Of a stretch of DNA of 64,000 nt, positions 1-11,573 are shown one piece after another. Source of the DNA: Macrostomum lignano (lineage: Eukaryota); the NCBI GenBank assembly GCA_002269645.1, contig NIVC01000452.1:124001-188000 (forward strand). The letters are read 5' to 3'. A program made the position numbers and the translations under genes. The notes beneath the pieces were generated by a model. It was not told the DNA's origin, made no database searches, and saw nothing but the letters and a program-made list of their open reading frames with translations. How positions within the stretch are numbered: position 1 is the first letter of the stretch; each line of letters begins with the position of its first letter.

Positions 1-740
1 CATGCAAATAATGATGCTGAGTTCTTTTACGTTTTCTCTCTCTCTACTCCCTCTCTTGAGAGTAAACTAACCCTATAACATCGTACATGTACATATGTGA
101 GGTATGCACTGACATGGTTTGAAGCCAGAGTAGACAAATACAAGATAGAAGAGCGAGTGCCATAGCTACATAAAATGTATGCAGCACCAATATATACAAA
201 AAAGGTTGAACTTAAGCTTTAGATTAATAATGTAGGCCCGCACATTGAAAACGCACAAGATTTCACACAGAATTGAATGTGAAAAACTTTACGAAAACAT
301 AGGGCGCGGAAACGAGAGGTCCCGGTTGAGGGTGTTTATGGCCAAAAAGTGATTTGATTCAGTGCAAAGCCAGCACGAATATAATGACAACACTTTTTCC
401 CATTAACGCCCTTAATTAATTAAAGCATGGGTATTACTACTCGTAATATTGTGCCATAGACATTTGTGTCCTTGACAAAGTGGGACAGAATAATCGGGCG
501 TTAAGTATAAGATATTCTATGGGTTTGAGGTTGGTGTGTGATTAAATCCCGAGAGCCGAAGGACATACCTTTTCTTACCAGAGACAAAATTTCTCGAGTC
601 ACGAAGGATGAGAAGAGAGAAGCTCGCTTATTTAGATACATGCAATAATCCTTGCAATATGTCCGGGAAAGTGATCGATTAAATCCCGCAAAATAAGATC
701 TATGTCAATAACCTCCCTGAAAGTGAGCTGAAAGTGGTTT

Positions 741-1971
741 AAATGTCATTAACTGCCCGCTAATTTGCATTAAAGTAAGTTTGACATAGACAATCGGGCG
801 TTAAATGTCATTAACTGCCCGCTAATTTGCATTAAAGTAAGTTTGACATAGGCAATCGGGTGTATAATGTCATTAACTGCCCGCTAATTTGCATTAAAGT
901 AAGTTTGACATAGGCAATCGGGTGTATAATGTCATTAACTGCCCGCTAATTTGCATTAAAGTAAGTTTGACATAGGCAATCGGGTGTATAATGTCATTAA
1001 CTGCCCGCTAATTTGCATTAAAGTAAGTTTGACATAGGCAATCGGGTGTATAATGTCATTAACTGCCCGCTAATTTGCATTAAAGTAAGTTTGACATAGG
1101 CAATCGGGTGTATAATGTCATTAACTGCCCGCTAATTTGCATTAAAGTAAGTTTGACATAGGCAATCGGGTGTATAATGTCATTAACTGCCCGCTAATTT
1201 GCATTAAAGTAAGTTTGACATAGGCAATCGGGTGTATAATGTCATTAACTGCCCGCTAATTTGCATTAAAGTAATTTTGACATAGGCAATCGGGCGTTAA
1301 ATGTCATTAACTGCCCGCTAATTTGCATTAAAGTAAGTTTGACATAGACAATCGGGTGTATAATGTCATTAACTGCCCGCTAATTTGCATTAAAGTAAGT
1401 TTGACATAGGCAATCGGGTGTATAATGTCATTAACTGCCCGCTAATTTGCATTAAAGTAAGTTTGACATAGGCAATCGGGCGTTAAATGTCATTAACTGC
1501 CCGCTAATTTGCATTAAAGTAAGTTTGACATAGGCAATCGGGCGTTAAATGTCATTAACTGCCCGCTAATTTGCATTAAAGTAAGTTTGACATAGGCAAT
1601 CGGGTGTATAATGTCATTAACTGCCCGCTAATTTGCATTAAAGTAAGTTTGACATAGACAATCGGGCGTTAAATGCCATTAACTGCCCGCTAATTTGCAT
1701 TAAAGTAAGTTTGACATAGGCAATCGGGCGTTAATGACATTAACTGCCCGCTAATTTGCATTAAAGTAAGTTTGACATAGGCAATCGGGCGTTAAATGTC
1801 ATTAACTGCCCGCTAATTTGCATTAAAGTAAGTTTGACATAGGCAATCGGGTGTATAATGTCATTAACTGCCCGCTAATTTGCATTAAAGTAAGTTTGAC
1901 ATAGGCAATCGGGCGTTAAATGCCATTAACTGCCCGCTAATTTGCATTAAAGTAAGTTTGACATAGACAAT
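741..1971. repeat. 62-bp tandem minisatellite, ~20 copies
   Basis: Unit aatgtcattaactgcccgctaatttgcattaaagtaagtttgacataggcaatcgggtgtat recurs at 62-bp spacing (741, 803, 865...), with variants gggcgtta/gggtgtat. Confidence 0.97.
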
Positions 1972-2969
1972 TTGTTCGATATTTCTTTCCTGCAAGCGGG
2001 CTTAAATGTAGTCTATATGGCATTAAAAGGCGAGAATAAGTGCCCAGTGTGCACAAAGGTCATGGTACTATAAACATAGATAACATTTGGATGATAGCTA
2101 CATTTTAATTTGTTTCCGGGTATAGCGATATGCCCGTAGACTCGTTCAAATCGCCATTAAAACCATGCATCAAATATCACGTATCGGATGCACGATTGAA
2201 GTATGTAAAAATTGGTCCAATTTAATGGCGGTGTAAAAAGCCCTATAATTCAATTTTACACTCATTTCGTGTCAATTATAATTATTTGTCAGTGGTGCAA
2301 TCTATCGCAATAACGTTAATTTTACAATTGTATTTTGCAAACAACGCCAACGTGAAGCGCGAAGCACTTTAAACGTTTTCTCTACTGAAACTGCATGTCT
2401 TCAAATTTTTATGACAACTATAATTATAGAGATTACAGCTGAAAGCGACGCAAAAAAACTGTAACTTATTAGTTAGACTGAACACAAACCAATCAACAAA
2501 AGCTGCAATTAACAAGACAAACCGAGTTAAAATAGAGCGTCCATTTTTGTATCCAAAGACCGATCTATAAAATAAACACTGCCTTCACCGTGAAATTCAA
2601 AAGTCCGCGCTCGATCCTATCTCTAAAGGCTAGCCATTAGCCCTGATTAACACATATAGCTCGTAACTCGTAAATCCAAGAGTCTTCTTGCGTTGCCAGC
2701 TACGCAGATTCCCACGCCAGCAATTGACAGAGAAACTGAAGTATATTGCGGATTTAATTAATATATTTACTAAATTCCAAAACTACTACATGTACATGTG
2801 TTACTACTAACAGATGAATTCAAATTGAAACTTTTTATTTCGGCGAATTTGGAAAAATCAGATTTTAATTTTTTTTTAAAATAGGAAGGCCGTCTTTTCA
2901 CTAGTAGCGTAGCCAAGGGGAGAGGGTTATAGAGAGATCATGAAACCCCAGGCAGCGTACCAATAAAAC

Positions 2970-3872
2970 GCTGGACTGGGCGTCACGTCAGGGACACTGG
3001 ACTGGGGTCAGGGACACTTGACTGGACATCAAGGACACTGGACTAGGCGCCAAAGACACTAAACTGGGCTTCAGGCAGGGACACTACTAGAATCATAAGG
3101 ACACTAAACTGGGCTTCAGACAGGGACACTACTAGAATCATCAGGACACTAAACTGGGCTTCAGACAGGGACACTACTAGAATCATCAGGACACTAAACT
3201 GGGCTTCAGACAGGGACACTACTAGAATCATCAGGACACTAAACTGGGCTTCAGACAGGGACACTACTAGAATCATAAGGACACTAAACTGGGCTTCAGA
3301 CAGGGACACTACTAGAATCATCAGGACACTAAACTGGGCTTCAGGCAGGGACACTACTAGAATCATCAGGACACTAAACTGGGCTTCAGGCAGGGACACT
3401 ACTAGAATCATAAGGACACTAAACTGGGCTTCAGACAGGGACACTGCTAGAATCATCAGGACACTAAACTGGGCTTCAGACAGGGACACTACTAGAATCA
3501 TCAGGACACTAAACTGGGCTTCAGACAGGGACACTACTAGAATCATCAGGACACTAAACTGGGCTTTAGACAGGGACACTACTAGAATCATCAGGATACT
3601 AAACTGGGCTTCAGACAGGGACACTACTAGAATCATCAGGACACAAAGCTGGGCTTCAGACAGGGACACTACTAGAATCATCAGGACACAAAGCTGGGCT
3701 TCAGACAGGGACACTACTAGAATCATCAGGACACTAAACTGGGCTTCAGACAGGGACACTACTAGAATCATCAGGACACTAAAAAAGCAGCAAGCCTGGT
3801 TAGACGGCAGCGGAAATGAATACCCGAAGAGCACGAAAAAGCCATAGAACTCCAGCAGCATGCTCAGTATAG
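2970..3872 (-). pseudogene. Duplicated fragment of GOT1 (3' part of exon 3 plus intron 3)
   Basis: Aligns in direct orientation with ~8590-8802. Minus strand reads [15 protein letters not shown] followed by GTATTC, versus [15 protein letters not shown]|GTATTC in the intact gene. No matching exon 4 or 5 found to the left. Confidence 0.8.
3055..3782. repeat. 45-bp tandem minisatellite, ~16 copies
   Basis: Unit ggacactaaactgggcttcagacagggacactactagaatcatca. It accounts for the 15-aa-periodic ORF 3043..3861. Confidence 0.97.
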
Positions 3873-4258
3873 ACTACGCAACTGCCGTCTAAAAGCATGG
3901 ATGAATGAATAGAATGGATTGCTATTCTGGCTCTGACTATTTTCGTTTTTGACTCTTTTGCATCCGGTTCCCCCCCGTGCCTTTTCATTGGTTGATGATT
4001 GCCATAGACAATTGTCAGTTACTTGCAGAGAATATCGAGCGCTCGTAGGTCTTCCCCCTTTATTTCAAAACACGAGCGAAAGCGCTTGTGCATCGAAAGA
4101 AAGGGGCGAAGGCCGAAAATTGTTTGACGCACGAGTTTGCGTGTAGGAAAATCATTGTCTTTTGACCATAGACAAAGTCATTCCTGCACGGTTTTCGAGA
4201 AACGTTAAGAAGAGATGAAAATTGAGTGGAGAGTTTATAGAAAAGTGTATAAAGCTTA

Positions 4259-5062
4259 TTGACTATGGCGTCTGTAATCGACTCGGCTCTGAATCCTCCA
4301 TTAATTGATTTTCGCTACGCTACGGTGTCTGGATTAAGTGGCGACGAAATGTTTATTGAAAGTGTGTCCAGCAACTTTGAGAGGACGGGCGACGATTTGA
4401 CTGCACTGATAGCGGATTGCACGTTCAGCGAGGAATTAGAGAAACTTTTCAGCTCGGATCCGGAAACCTTGTGTAACCTTGACGAATTGGAAAGTCTGGC
4501 CGCTCAACTGGAACGCGACAACGAATGTCATTCGACTGTCTCTAAGGAGAAAGCTGTGATCAACCGCTTGACGGCCTGGTTGGCGGAGAATAATTTAAAA
4601 GTGGATTACGCGACTGCTTCGGTGGAAGAAATTGCCAAATGGGTCCGCTACTTCTATGCGACTCTGCGTAAGTCAGACGGCAGCTTCTATTCGCCGAATA
4701 CAATCGTAGGATATCGAGCCGCACTGATCAGGTACTTTATGAGAGGCAAGAAGAGGGACTCGATCATGGCAGGGATGAGTGATCAGCTGACAGTCGCTCT
4801 AGCTGGAACTATGCCGGCACCAAGTTCTACATTGAGCGAAGCTCCTGCAAGGGCTGTTACAACTACCGACCCGTGCGCCCTGAACGACGCTCCTACAAGG
4901 GCTGTTGCGACTACCGACCCGTGCGGATCAGCGTCAATGTCAACTGTCAAGAAGTCACTGGTTGTTGAAGAATCGACCACCACACTTGTAGCAGCCCCCA
5001 CTAAGCGGATGAAGATTTTGGCAAACGGCAAAACGAATGTTGTGCAGTTTATTTTCGAGTAA
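4259..5062 (+). CDS. Crypton-type tyrosine-recombinase-derived protein, 267 aa, catalytic domain absent
   Basis: Motif WVRYFYATLRKSDGSFYSPNTIVGYRAALIRYF matches the RKxDGxxYxPxTxxxYxAAxxRY segment found upstream of DUF3504 in Crypton recombinases and their ZMYM/QRICH1/KCTD1 derivatives. No R-H-R-Y catalytic region follows. Basic patch PTKRMK near the C-terminus. Confidence 0.72.
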   Translation: MTMASVIDSALNPPLIDFRYATVSGLSGDEMFIESVSSNFERTGDDLTALIADCTFSEELEKLFSSDPETLCNLDELESLAAQLERDNECHSTVSKEKAVINRLTAWLAENNLKVDYATASVEEIAKWVRYFYATLRKSDGSFYSPNTIVGYRAALIRYFMRGKKRDSIMAGMSDQLTVALAGTMPAPSSTLSEAPARAVTTTDPCALNDAPTRAVATTDPCGSASMSTVKKSLVVEESTTTLVAAPTKRMKILANGKTNVVQFIFE

Positions 5063-5577
5063 ATGCCGAGAGGGGTGTGAGTAGGTCTATAGACTCATTA
5101 ACTGTTTCCCTAGTTCCACTTATTATCCTTTTTGTTCTTCCATATTGTTATTGATTACATATTCAGTTGCTTCTAAAAATAAATTGTTAAATCGTGCAGG
5201 AGTTTGACGAATTCCATTGTCGGATGATTCATCGTGCAGGAATGCACAAAACCGTGCAGGAATGCATTTCTGCGCCTAATGCTTTTTCAGTGAGATTTTA
5301 CCATAGACATCCATTCCATTGTCGTTTGACCACAGCGTGCAGGAATGATTTTTTCGATTTATTATCGTGCAGGAATGTCTGTGTCTATGGTAGAAATCAC
5401 TTGACATACGTTAGCTTATCGTGCAGGAATGACTTCATTCCTGCACGATTTAACAATTTATTTTTAGAAGCAACTGAATATGTAATCAATAACAATATGG
5501 AAGAACAAAAAGGATAATAAGTGGAACTAGGGAAACAGTTAATGAGTCTATAGACCTACTCACACCCCTCTCGGCAT

Positions 5578-6381
5578 TTACTCGAAAATAAACTGCACAA
5601 CATTCGTTTTGCCGTTTGCCAAAATCTTCATCCGCTTAGTGGGGGCTGCTACAAGTGTGGTGGTCGATTCTTCAACAACCAGTGACTTCTTGACAGTTGA
5701 CATTGACGCTGATCCGCACGGGTCGGTAGTCGCAACAGCCCTTGTAGGAGCGTCGTTCAGGGCGCACGGGTCGGTAGTTGTAACAGCCCTTGCAGGAGCT
5801 TCGCTCAATGTAGAACTTGGTGCCGGCATAGTTCCAGCTAGAGCGACTGTCAGCTGATCACTCATCCCTGCCATGATCGAGTCCCTCTTCTTGCCTCTCA
5901 TAAAGTACCTGATCAGTGCGGCTCGATATCCTACGATTGTATTCGGCGAATAGAAGCTGCCGTCTGACTTACGCAGAGTCGCATAGAAGTAGCGGACCCA
6001 TTTGGCAATTTCTTCCACCGAAGCAGTCGCGTAATCCACTTTTAAATTATTCTCCGCCAACCAGGCCGTCAAGCGGTTGATCACAGCTTTCTCCTTAGAG
6101 ACAGTCGAATGACATTCGTTGTCGCGTTCCAGTTGAGCGGCCAGACTTTCCAATTCGTCAAGGTTACACAAGGTTTCCGGATCCGAGCTGAAAAGTTTCT
6201 CTAATTCCTCGCTGAACGTGCAATCCGCTATCAGTGCAGTCAAATCGTCGCCCGTCCTCTCAAAGTTGCTGGACACACTTTCAATAAACATTTCGTCGCC
6301 ACTTAATCCAGACACCGTAGCGTAGCGAAAATCAATTAATGGAGGATTCAGAGCCGAGTCGATTACAGACGCCATAGTCAA
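5578..6381 (-). CDS. Identical inverted copy of the Crypton-derived 267-aa ORF
   Basis: Same translation as 4259..5062, convergent with it. Confidence 0.72.
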   Translation of the reverse strand: MTMASVIDSALNPPLIDFRYATVSGLSGDEMFIESVSSNFERTGDDLTALIADCTFSEELEKLFSSDPETLCNLDELESLAAQLERDNECHSTVSKEKAVINRLTAWLAENNLKVDYATASVEEIAKWVRYFYATLRKSDGSFYSPNTIVGYRAALIRYFMRGKKRDSIMAGMSDQLTVALAGTMPAPSSTLSEAPARAVTTTDPCALNDAPTRAVATTDPCGSASMSTVKKSLVVEESTTTLVAAPTKRMKILANGKTNVVQFIFE

Positions 6382-8109
6382 TAAGCTTTATACACTTTTC
6401 TATAAACTCTCCACTCAATTTTCATCTCTTCTTAACGTTTCTCGAAAACCGTGCAGGAATGACTTTGTCTATGGTCAAAAGACAATGATTTTCCTACACG
6501 CAAACTCGTGCGTCTATGGCAAAATGCACTCGTGCGCTTCGCGCACTCGTGCTTTTGCCATTGACGCACTCGTTTTCGTGCAGGAATATTACAATGAAAA
6601 GGCACGGGGGGAACTGGATGCAAAAGAGTCAAAAACGAAAATAGCCAGAGCCAGAATAGCAATCCATTCTATTCATTCATCCATGTCTAAAAGCAGTTCA
6701 CTATTGCTCAAAAATCAATTTCATAGTAAAACTGTCAATCCCAACAGATGTTTGAAGGTTTTCTATTTGCTTTCGAGCTTATGCAGCAGAAAAAATGCAA
6801 CTAATCTTATCGGTCCAATGTATTTTTGTCTAGCTGTCAAGAACATAACCCGGCTCTCGCCTTGTTGCAAAGCATTCTACTAAAGTTGAAACATCCGTTT
6901 AGAAAACGAAAACATTACAATTTTTCCTATTTAAAGTAGTATTTCTTGAAATTTAAGTCTGACTTAAAAAAATCTCTGCATACCGCACGAGTCAAAGCAG
7001 TTTGTTATAAAAGGTTAAACAGCTGGGGGAACGTAAAGCCCAACACCGAAATCGCAGTACTGGCAATGATTAGAGAGCACGTCAGCTCAGCTTACCTTAA
7101 TAAACAGCGTCATTTTAAATATTATAACTATAGCTGTATAAGCTAGAAGCTACCAGGAATTGCCTTTCTCGAGATCCTGCAATTTAGAAGTTGGTGGCAA
7201 ACACATTTGCAGAAATCCTTGCAAGACGGTCTCAGGCGTTAATTGATGTTGAAAATCGGTGATACCAGTGTTCGATACGAGAACATTTAATCTTAAATTA
7301 AACTTCGGTCCAGCATATAGATTTTTTCATTATATTTTTCATCATAAGCAGAGCACTGAAAATTTTCAAATTCTGTCTAGAATTAACACTGTAAGTAGGG
7401 AAGGCAGACAAATGATTTACAAAGCAATTTACGCTAAAAAACAGGTAACTTCTTTCGCGCATTGTTGTAAACTATGAATTTATATGATATCAGTTTACGA
7501 GTCAATTAATCAGGTAAAAACTGGCGTAGCAGAGACACTGCTACAGACTACAGAATAGGACTAGCAGAGAAATCAGTTATTATAGTATATTATTATTATG
7601 TTTATGTTGGCACCAGAGCTTACTTTGGTTAATTCTACAACTGTATACTAGCCCATCGACTTTATACAATGCACAAAATCTCCATCGGCCAAGGTACTTC
7701 TGGATGTCTAAATTGGAGGCACGCCAACTTTTTCGCACATTTTGACTACCAATGACAATTCACTAGGCCAGATGCCGTTAGCAGTGCTCCACTTTGAAGA
7801 GTAGTAGGGGCCATATATCAGTTATCCTAGCGCTTGTCAATCCCGAATAGTTAATAAAGTCTTCAATTAATAATATATGTGGAGAAATGTTGTCCACCCG
7901 CACCTGCTGCAGGTCTTCACCGAATCACTGCTTCATATGACAGTAGAAGACTAGCCCATAAATATCGCGACATCGTCCCTCAAAAACGCAAAATTTTTAT
8001 ATTAGACGAAAGAAATTGAAATCAAGACAACGATTTGAAATAATGTCAGCCAAAAGAAAACTAGCAAAAGCAAAAAGCAACAAAACACGGAAGCAACAGG
8101 CCAAGCAGC

Positions 8110-11100
8110 TCATACTGGGTTTCTTGCGGTCCGCCACTTGTCCAGCATCTGGAAAAAGATTGGAAATTCGATTGGTAATTCAGTTTTGTTATTTTTTTCT
8201 GACAAGCCAAAATGAATCAAAGAATAACTCATAGGATGCTCTCTAGCCCATAATAAAGATATTACTCTTCTTTGGTTAAATAAAAAAGCAATTACTCACC
8301 GGACCAATAACTGGCACCCGCGACATAAAGTTGAGAACGACAGGAAAGAAGCCGCTGAAAAAAGAAAAACTTTCAGCTGTACTTGCGTCACTGACACTGG
8401 ACTGGCGTCATGGACACTGGAATGGGCGTCAAGGACACTAAACTGGCGTCAGAGACACTGGACTGGCGTCATGGACACTGGAATGGGCGTCAAGGACACT
8501 AAACTGGCGTCAGAGACACTGGACTGGCGTCAGAGACACTGGACTGGGCGTCAGGGACACTGGACTGGGCGTCAGGGACACTAAACTGGCGTCAGGGACA
8601 CTGGACTGGGCGTCAGGGACACTGGACTGGACATCAGGGACACTGGACTAGGTGCCAAGGACACTAAACTGGGCTTCAGGCAGGGACACTACTAAAATCA
8701 TCAGGACACTAAAATGGCAGCAAGCCTGGTTAGATGGCAGCAGAAATGAATACCTGAAGAGCACGAAGAAGCCGTAGAACTCCAGCAGCATGCCCAGTAT
8801 AGGTGAAACAAACAATACAATTAGAATGCCGCCAAAAAAGAAGGCTGTGCCTTTCAGCTTTTCTAGCTTAAAGAAGAAGTGAAATGTGCGCTCCAGACCA
8901 ATTACAAAACAAATGCCAGAGAGGAACAGAACCTGAAATATGTAGTTTGGTTTAAAGAGTAATTTACATCAACAAAACACAGAAATAATTCAAGCAAGCA
9001 TAAAGCACTTAAGCTTGCTCACATTGCCAATTGCAAGCAGCCCACGGTCAAAAAATAGCAGTATGCCCAAGAAGACAAATACTGATCCAAAGCCAGATAG
9101 GCCAATCCCAATCTCTAAAATGTTTAAACAAAGTGATTCGTTTATATTTTTATGTATATTTTATACCTAATTGATTTGAATATTCTATTAATACATAGAA
9201 AAGTTGCATAACATTGACCCTGGCTATTAAATATTTTTGGATTAATATTATAAAAATTATAAATTGGCCTATTTATCGAACCATTTTTAGTCTTAATTGT
9301 TAAATATAAATGAACAAATAAATCATTACTAATTTTAATAGCCTGACAATGCCTGATGCGAGGCAAAACATGTCGCATAAAAAATGATAGTGCTTACCTT
9401 CTTAATTCTACTTTTTCTCAGACACACAACTTTAACATAGTACTATAAAAGTTTATATTAGGATTAAAATTTTAATCAGATAATATTAGACTCTAAATCT
9501 TGACAGAACCTATCTAATTTGTTTATAATAAAACATTTTTTGTTTACTTGCTTTCCTTAGGTCTAAATTAAGGATGCCAAAAAAGGATATTAGCTATTCA
9601 ATATATTAGTCTGAAAATAAAATGAAAATATTAGTCTAAAGAGATTTAGGGAGATAAAGTAAAATAGCATATGTATACATTAATAAAAACCTTTAGTAAG
9701 AAAAATAAATTTGATAAGTAGCCTATACCAATGCAAATATTACAGTAGCATTTGCACAATAGAAAAATAAATAGTTAGAAAACTGTTACTTTTAAATGCT
9801 TAGTAGGAAAACAGCTATTTGATAGTTTTCATAGATTAATTATAATTTATATATTTAATACAAAGAGACTGTTTGTTACAATATAACATAGGGCTTGCTT
9901 CTGTCCTTATAAATAATTCCACAATGCCACCAAAGTTGTCACAGGGATACTCTTCTATTTACTATTATTGAATATCATGTTACCAAGGTTGTAACAGGGG
10001 TTAATTCTTCTTACTGATCTTACTAGTTATTACTTGCCTTTTTACTGGTAGCACATGTACTTCTATTGGTAGCATATGTACTTCTATTGTAGTTTCTAGC
10101 CTGAGGGGTCTTTAGGCACTGTCTATCCTATTTCTATACCCTTCTAAAGATATTTTCTCAGTCCTGGGCATTCTTGGGATCAGAGGGTCACAGCTTACTT
10201 ACTGGGTATTCTGCCCTGAAGTGGGTTTCTCAGACTCTGAGTCTGGACTTCTCTACCCTGTGGTAGGATTCCTATCTTCTAAAGGCAATTTCTCAGATTC
10301 TATATCTGGATTTCTCATTCTTCTGAGAACAGTTTGAACTCTCCCAATTTTGGGGCTTCTTAATGCTTCTACCAAAACAACTAAGTCAGTAAGTATTGAA
10401 TAAGGCTTCAATTTCGAGATACTAAAACAATTTCAAGCTTAAAACAAGCGGCAGACAAGTTGGTTTCCTTCTGGTTCTGCTTGTGTATTTATATCCCTTT
10501 CACAGTTTGGTTTTAAACAAACAAAATTTCATAATATTTATAATATTTACAATATTATTGATATTATACTCATTAAAACAAAAATAGCCTAGTTTTAATT
10601 ACAATACTTTCTAAGAAAACAAGTGATGCTAAATAAGGCCTATCTTAAATATATTATAATATTTTTGGAGTAAATTATTCTTAATCATTACATTAATAAT
10701 TAATAACTAGATTGAATAGATATAGGTGTATATATGCATATATTATATATATCAAAAATAAAATATTTCTAATATTTGCTATATAAGCTACAATTAGATT
10801 TTTAAAAAGGTTTTGAATCAAAAAGGGAACCTTACAATATCAAGATAATACTTTTTTAATAGAAGTTTTCTATCTTGGTACAAAAAGAATAGATCAAGAT
10901 CTATTAGATAATATTATAAACAGATAGGCCTAACATTAAGATTAAGACAGATAAAATTGTTTTATATTATAAACAGATCAAATAATATTATAAAAAAAGA
11001 CAATAACCTGTATTAAATGCAAAAAAGTTTTTAATTATAGAGAAAGCTATTTATTTTTTAGATTAAGATAAAATAGACTAAACTAGATCTAAACTAAGCC

Positions 11101-11573
11101 TTAAATTAGATTAAAAACACATTTTTTATCCAGTGACAATACTTAACTTAGTGATAAAGAAATATATACTTTAAGTTGATTTTAAAGAGGCCTAATAGAT
11201 GATATTTGTTGCCAACATAGAAGAGAATATTAAAATACAATAGAATTTTAGCCATGGCTGCCATGGCTTAAGTGTAGAACTCTAGACAACTCTAGAACTC
11301 TACTATCAATTTATGTGCCATATCTCTAACTCCTTAAAAGTTCTCCAAAAATTTCAATGCTAGGCCTATAAAAGAAAAAAAATGACACCAGCAAGAATAG
11401 TAATAAGCTATAAACACGCAAAAGTAAATCTGCTTTCACAAAGCTTACTAAAATGATAAAGTCTACAATACAAAACACACCATAAGACAAATTAATCAAG
11501 GTTTCATAAAGAAATTGCAAAACCTGATTTAAAAAAACTTACTTTGCAAATCAGTTATTCCTGTAGTGAACAT
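8110..11573 (-). CDS. GOLT1: Vesicle transport protein GOT1/GOLT1 ortholog, 5 exons, 131 aa
   Basis: Exons 11573-11543, 9114-9023, 8932-8754, 8354-8300, 8148-8110, all GT/AG and in frame: [131 protein letters not shown]. Got1 motifs [15 protein letters not shown] and EFYGFFVLF are present. An alternative ATG lies at 11579. Confidence 0.95.
8394..8660. repeat. 21-22-bp minisatellite in GOT1 intron 3
   Basis: Unit gggacactggactgggcgtca and variants, about 12 copies. Confidence 0.9.
9841..10422 (-). pseudogene. Possible fossil coding segment inside GOT1 intron 1
   Basis: One frame shows in-frame peptide repeats ([19 protein letters not shown]; [14 protein letters not shown]). Its 8 stops are all TAA/TAG, including caa-taa-tag-taa. 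No family recognised. Confidence 0.3.

Larger units (their letters stand above)
4126..6514. repeat. Large internal inverted repeat: 1076-bp arms (4126-5201 and 5439-6514), 237-bp spacer
   Basis: Position x pairs with 10640-x. Both arms give identical 267-aa ORFs and identical 82-aa antisense ORFs. Arm boundaries were checked base by base. Confidence 0.96.
3896..6685. mobile_element. 2790-bp non-autonomous foldback-type DNA element with ~95-bp TIRs and an 8-bp TSD
   Basis: TSD tctaaaag at 3888-3895 and 6686-6693. TIRs at 3896-3990 and 6592-6685 begin CATGGATGAATG (2 mismatches, 1 indel). No transposase is encoded. An 8-bp TSD fits hAT/P/Merlin-type mobilisation, but the superfamily is not established. 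Confidence 0.88.

Noticed and set aside
741-1971. CRISPR-like array (also considered for the 14-, 30-, 45- and 58-bp arrays)
   Set aside because: Units are head-to-tail with no unique spacers, there are no cas genes, and the context is eukaryotic.
3043-3861. 272-aa hydrophobic ORF
   Set aside because: It is a translation of the 45-bp minisatellite; only the first ~12 codons derive from a GOT1 exon fragment.
5194-5517. 107-aa ORF across the palindrome spacer
   Set aside because: GTG start, built from reiterated CGTGCAGGAATG boxes, no homology evident.
8149-8299. Missing ~9-codon micro-exon in the GOT1 C-terminus relative to vertebrate GOLT1
   Set aside because: No suitable AG/GT pair found in the 151-bp intron; treated as a lineage-specific shortening.
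8826-8882. MPPKKK.. start resembling a transposase NLS on the + strand
   Set aside because: It is the antisense of GOT1 exon 3 and stops after 18 codons.
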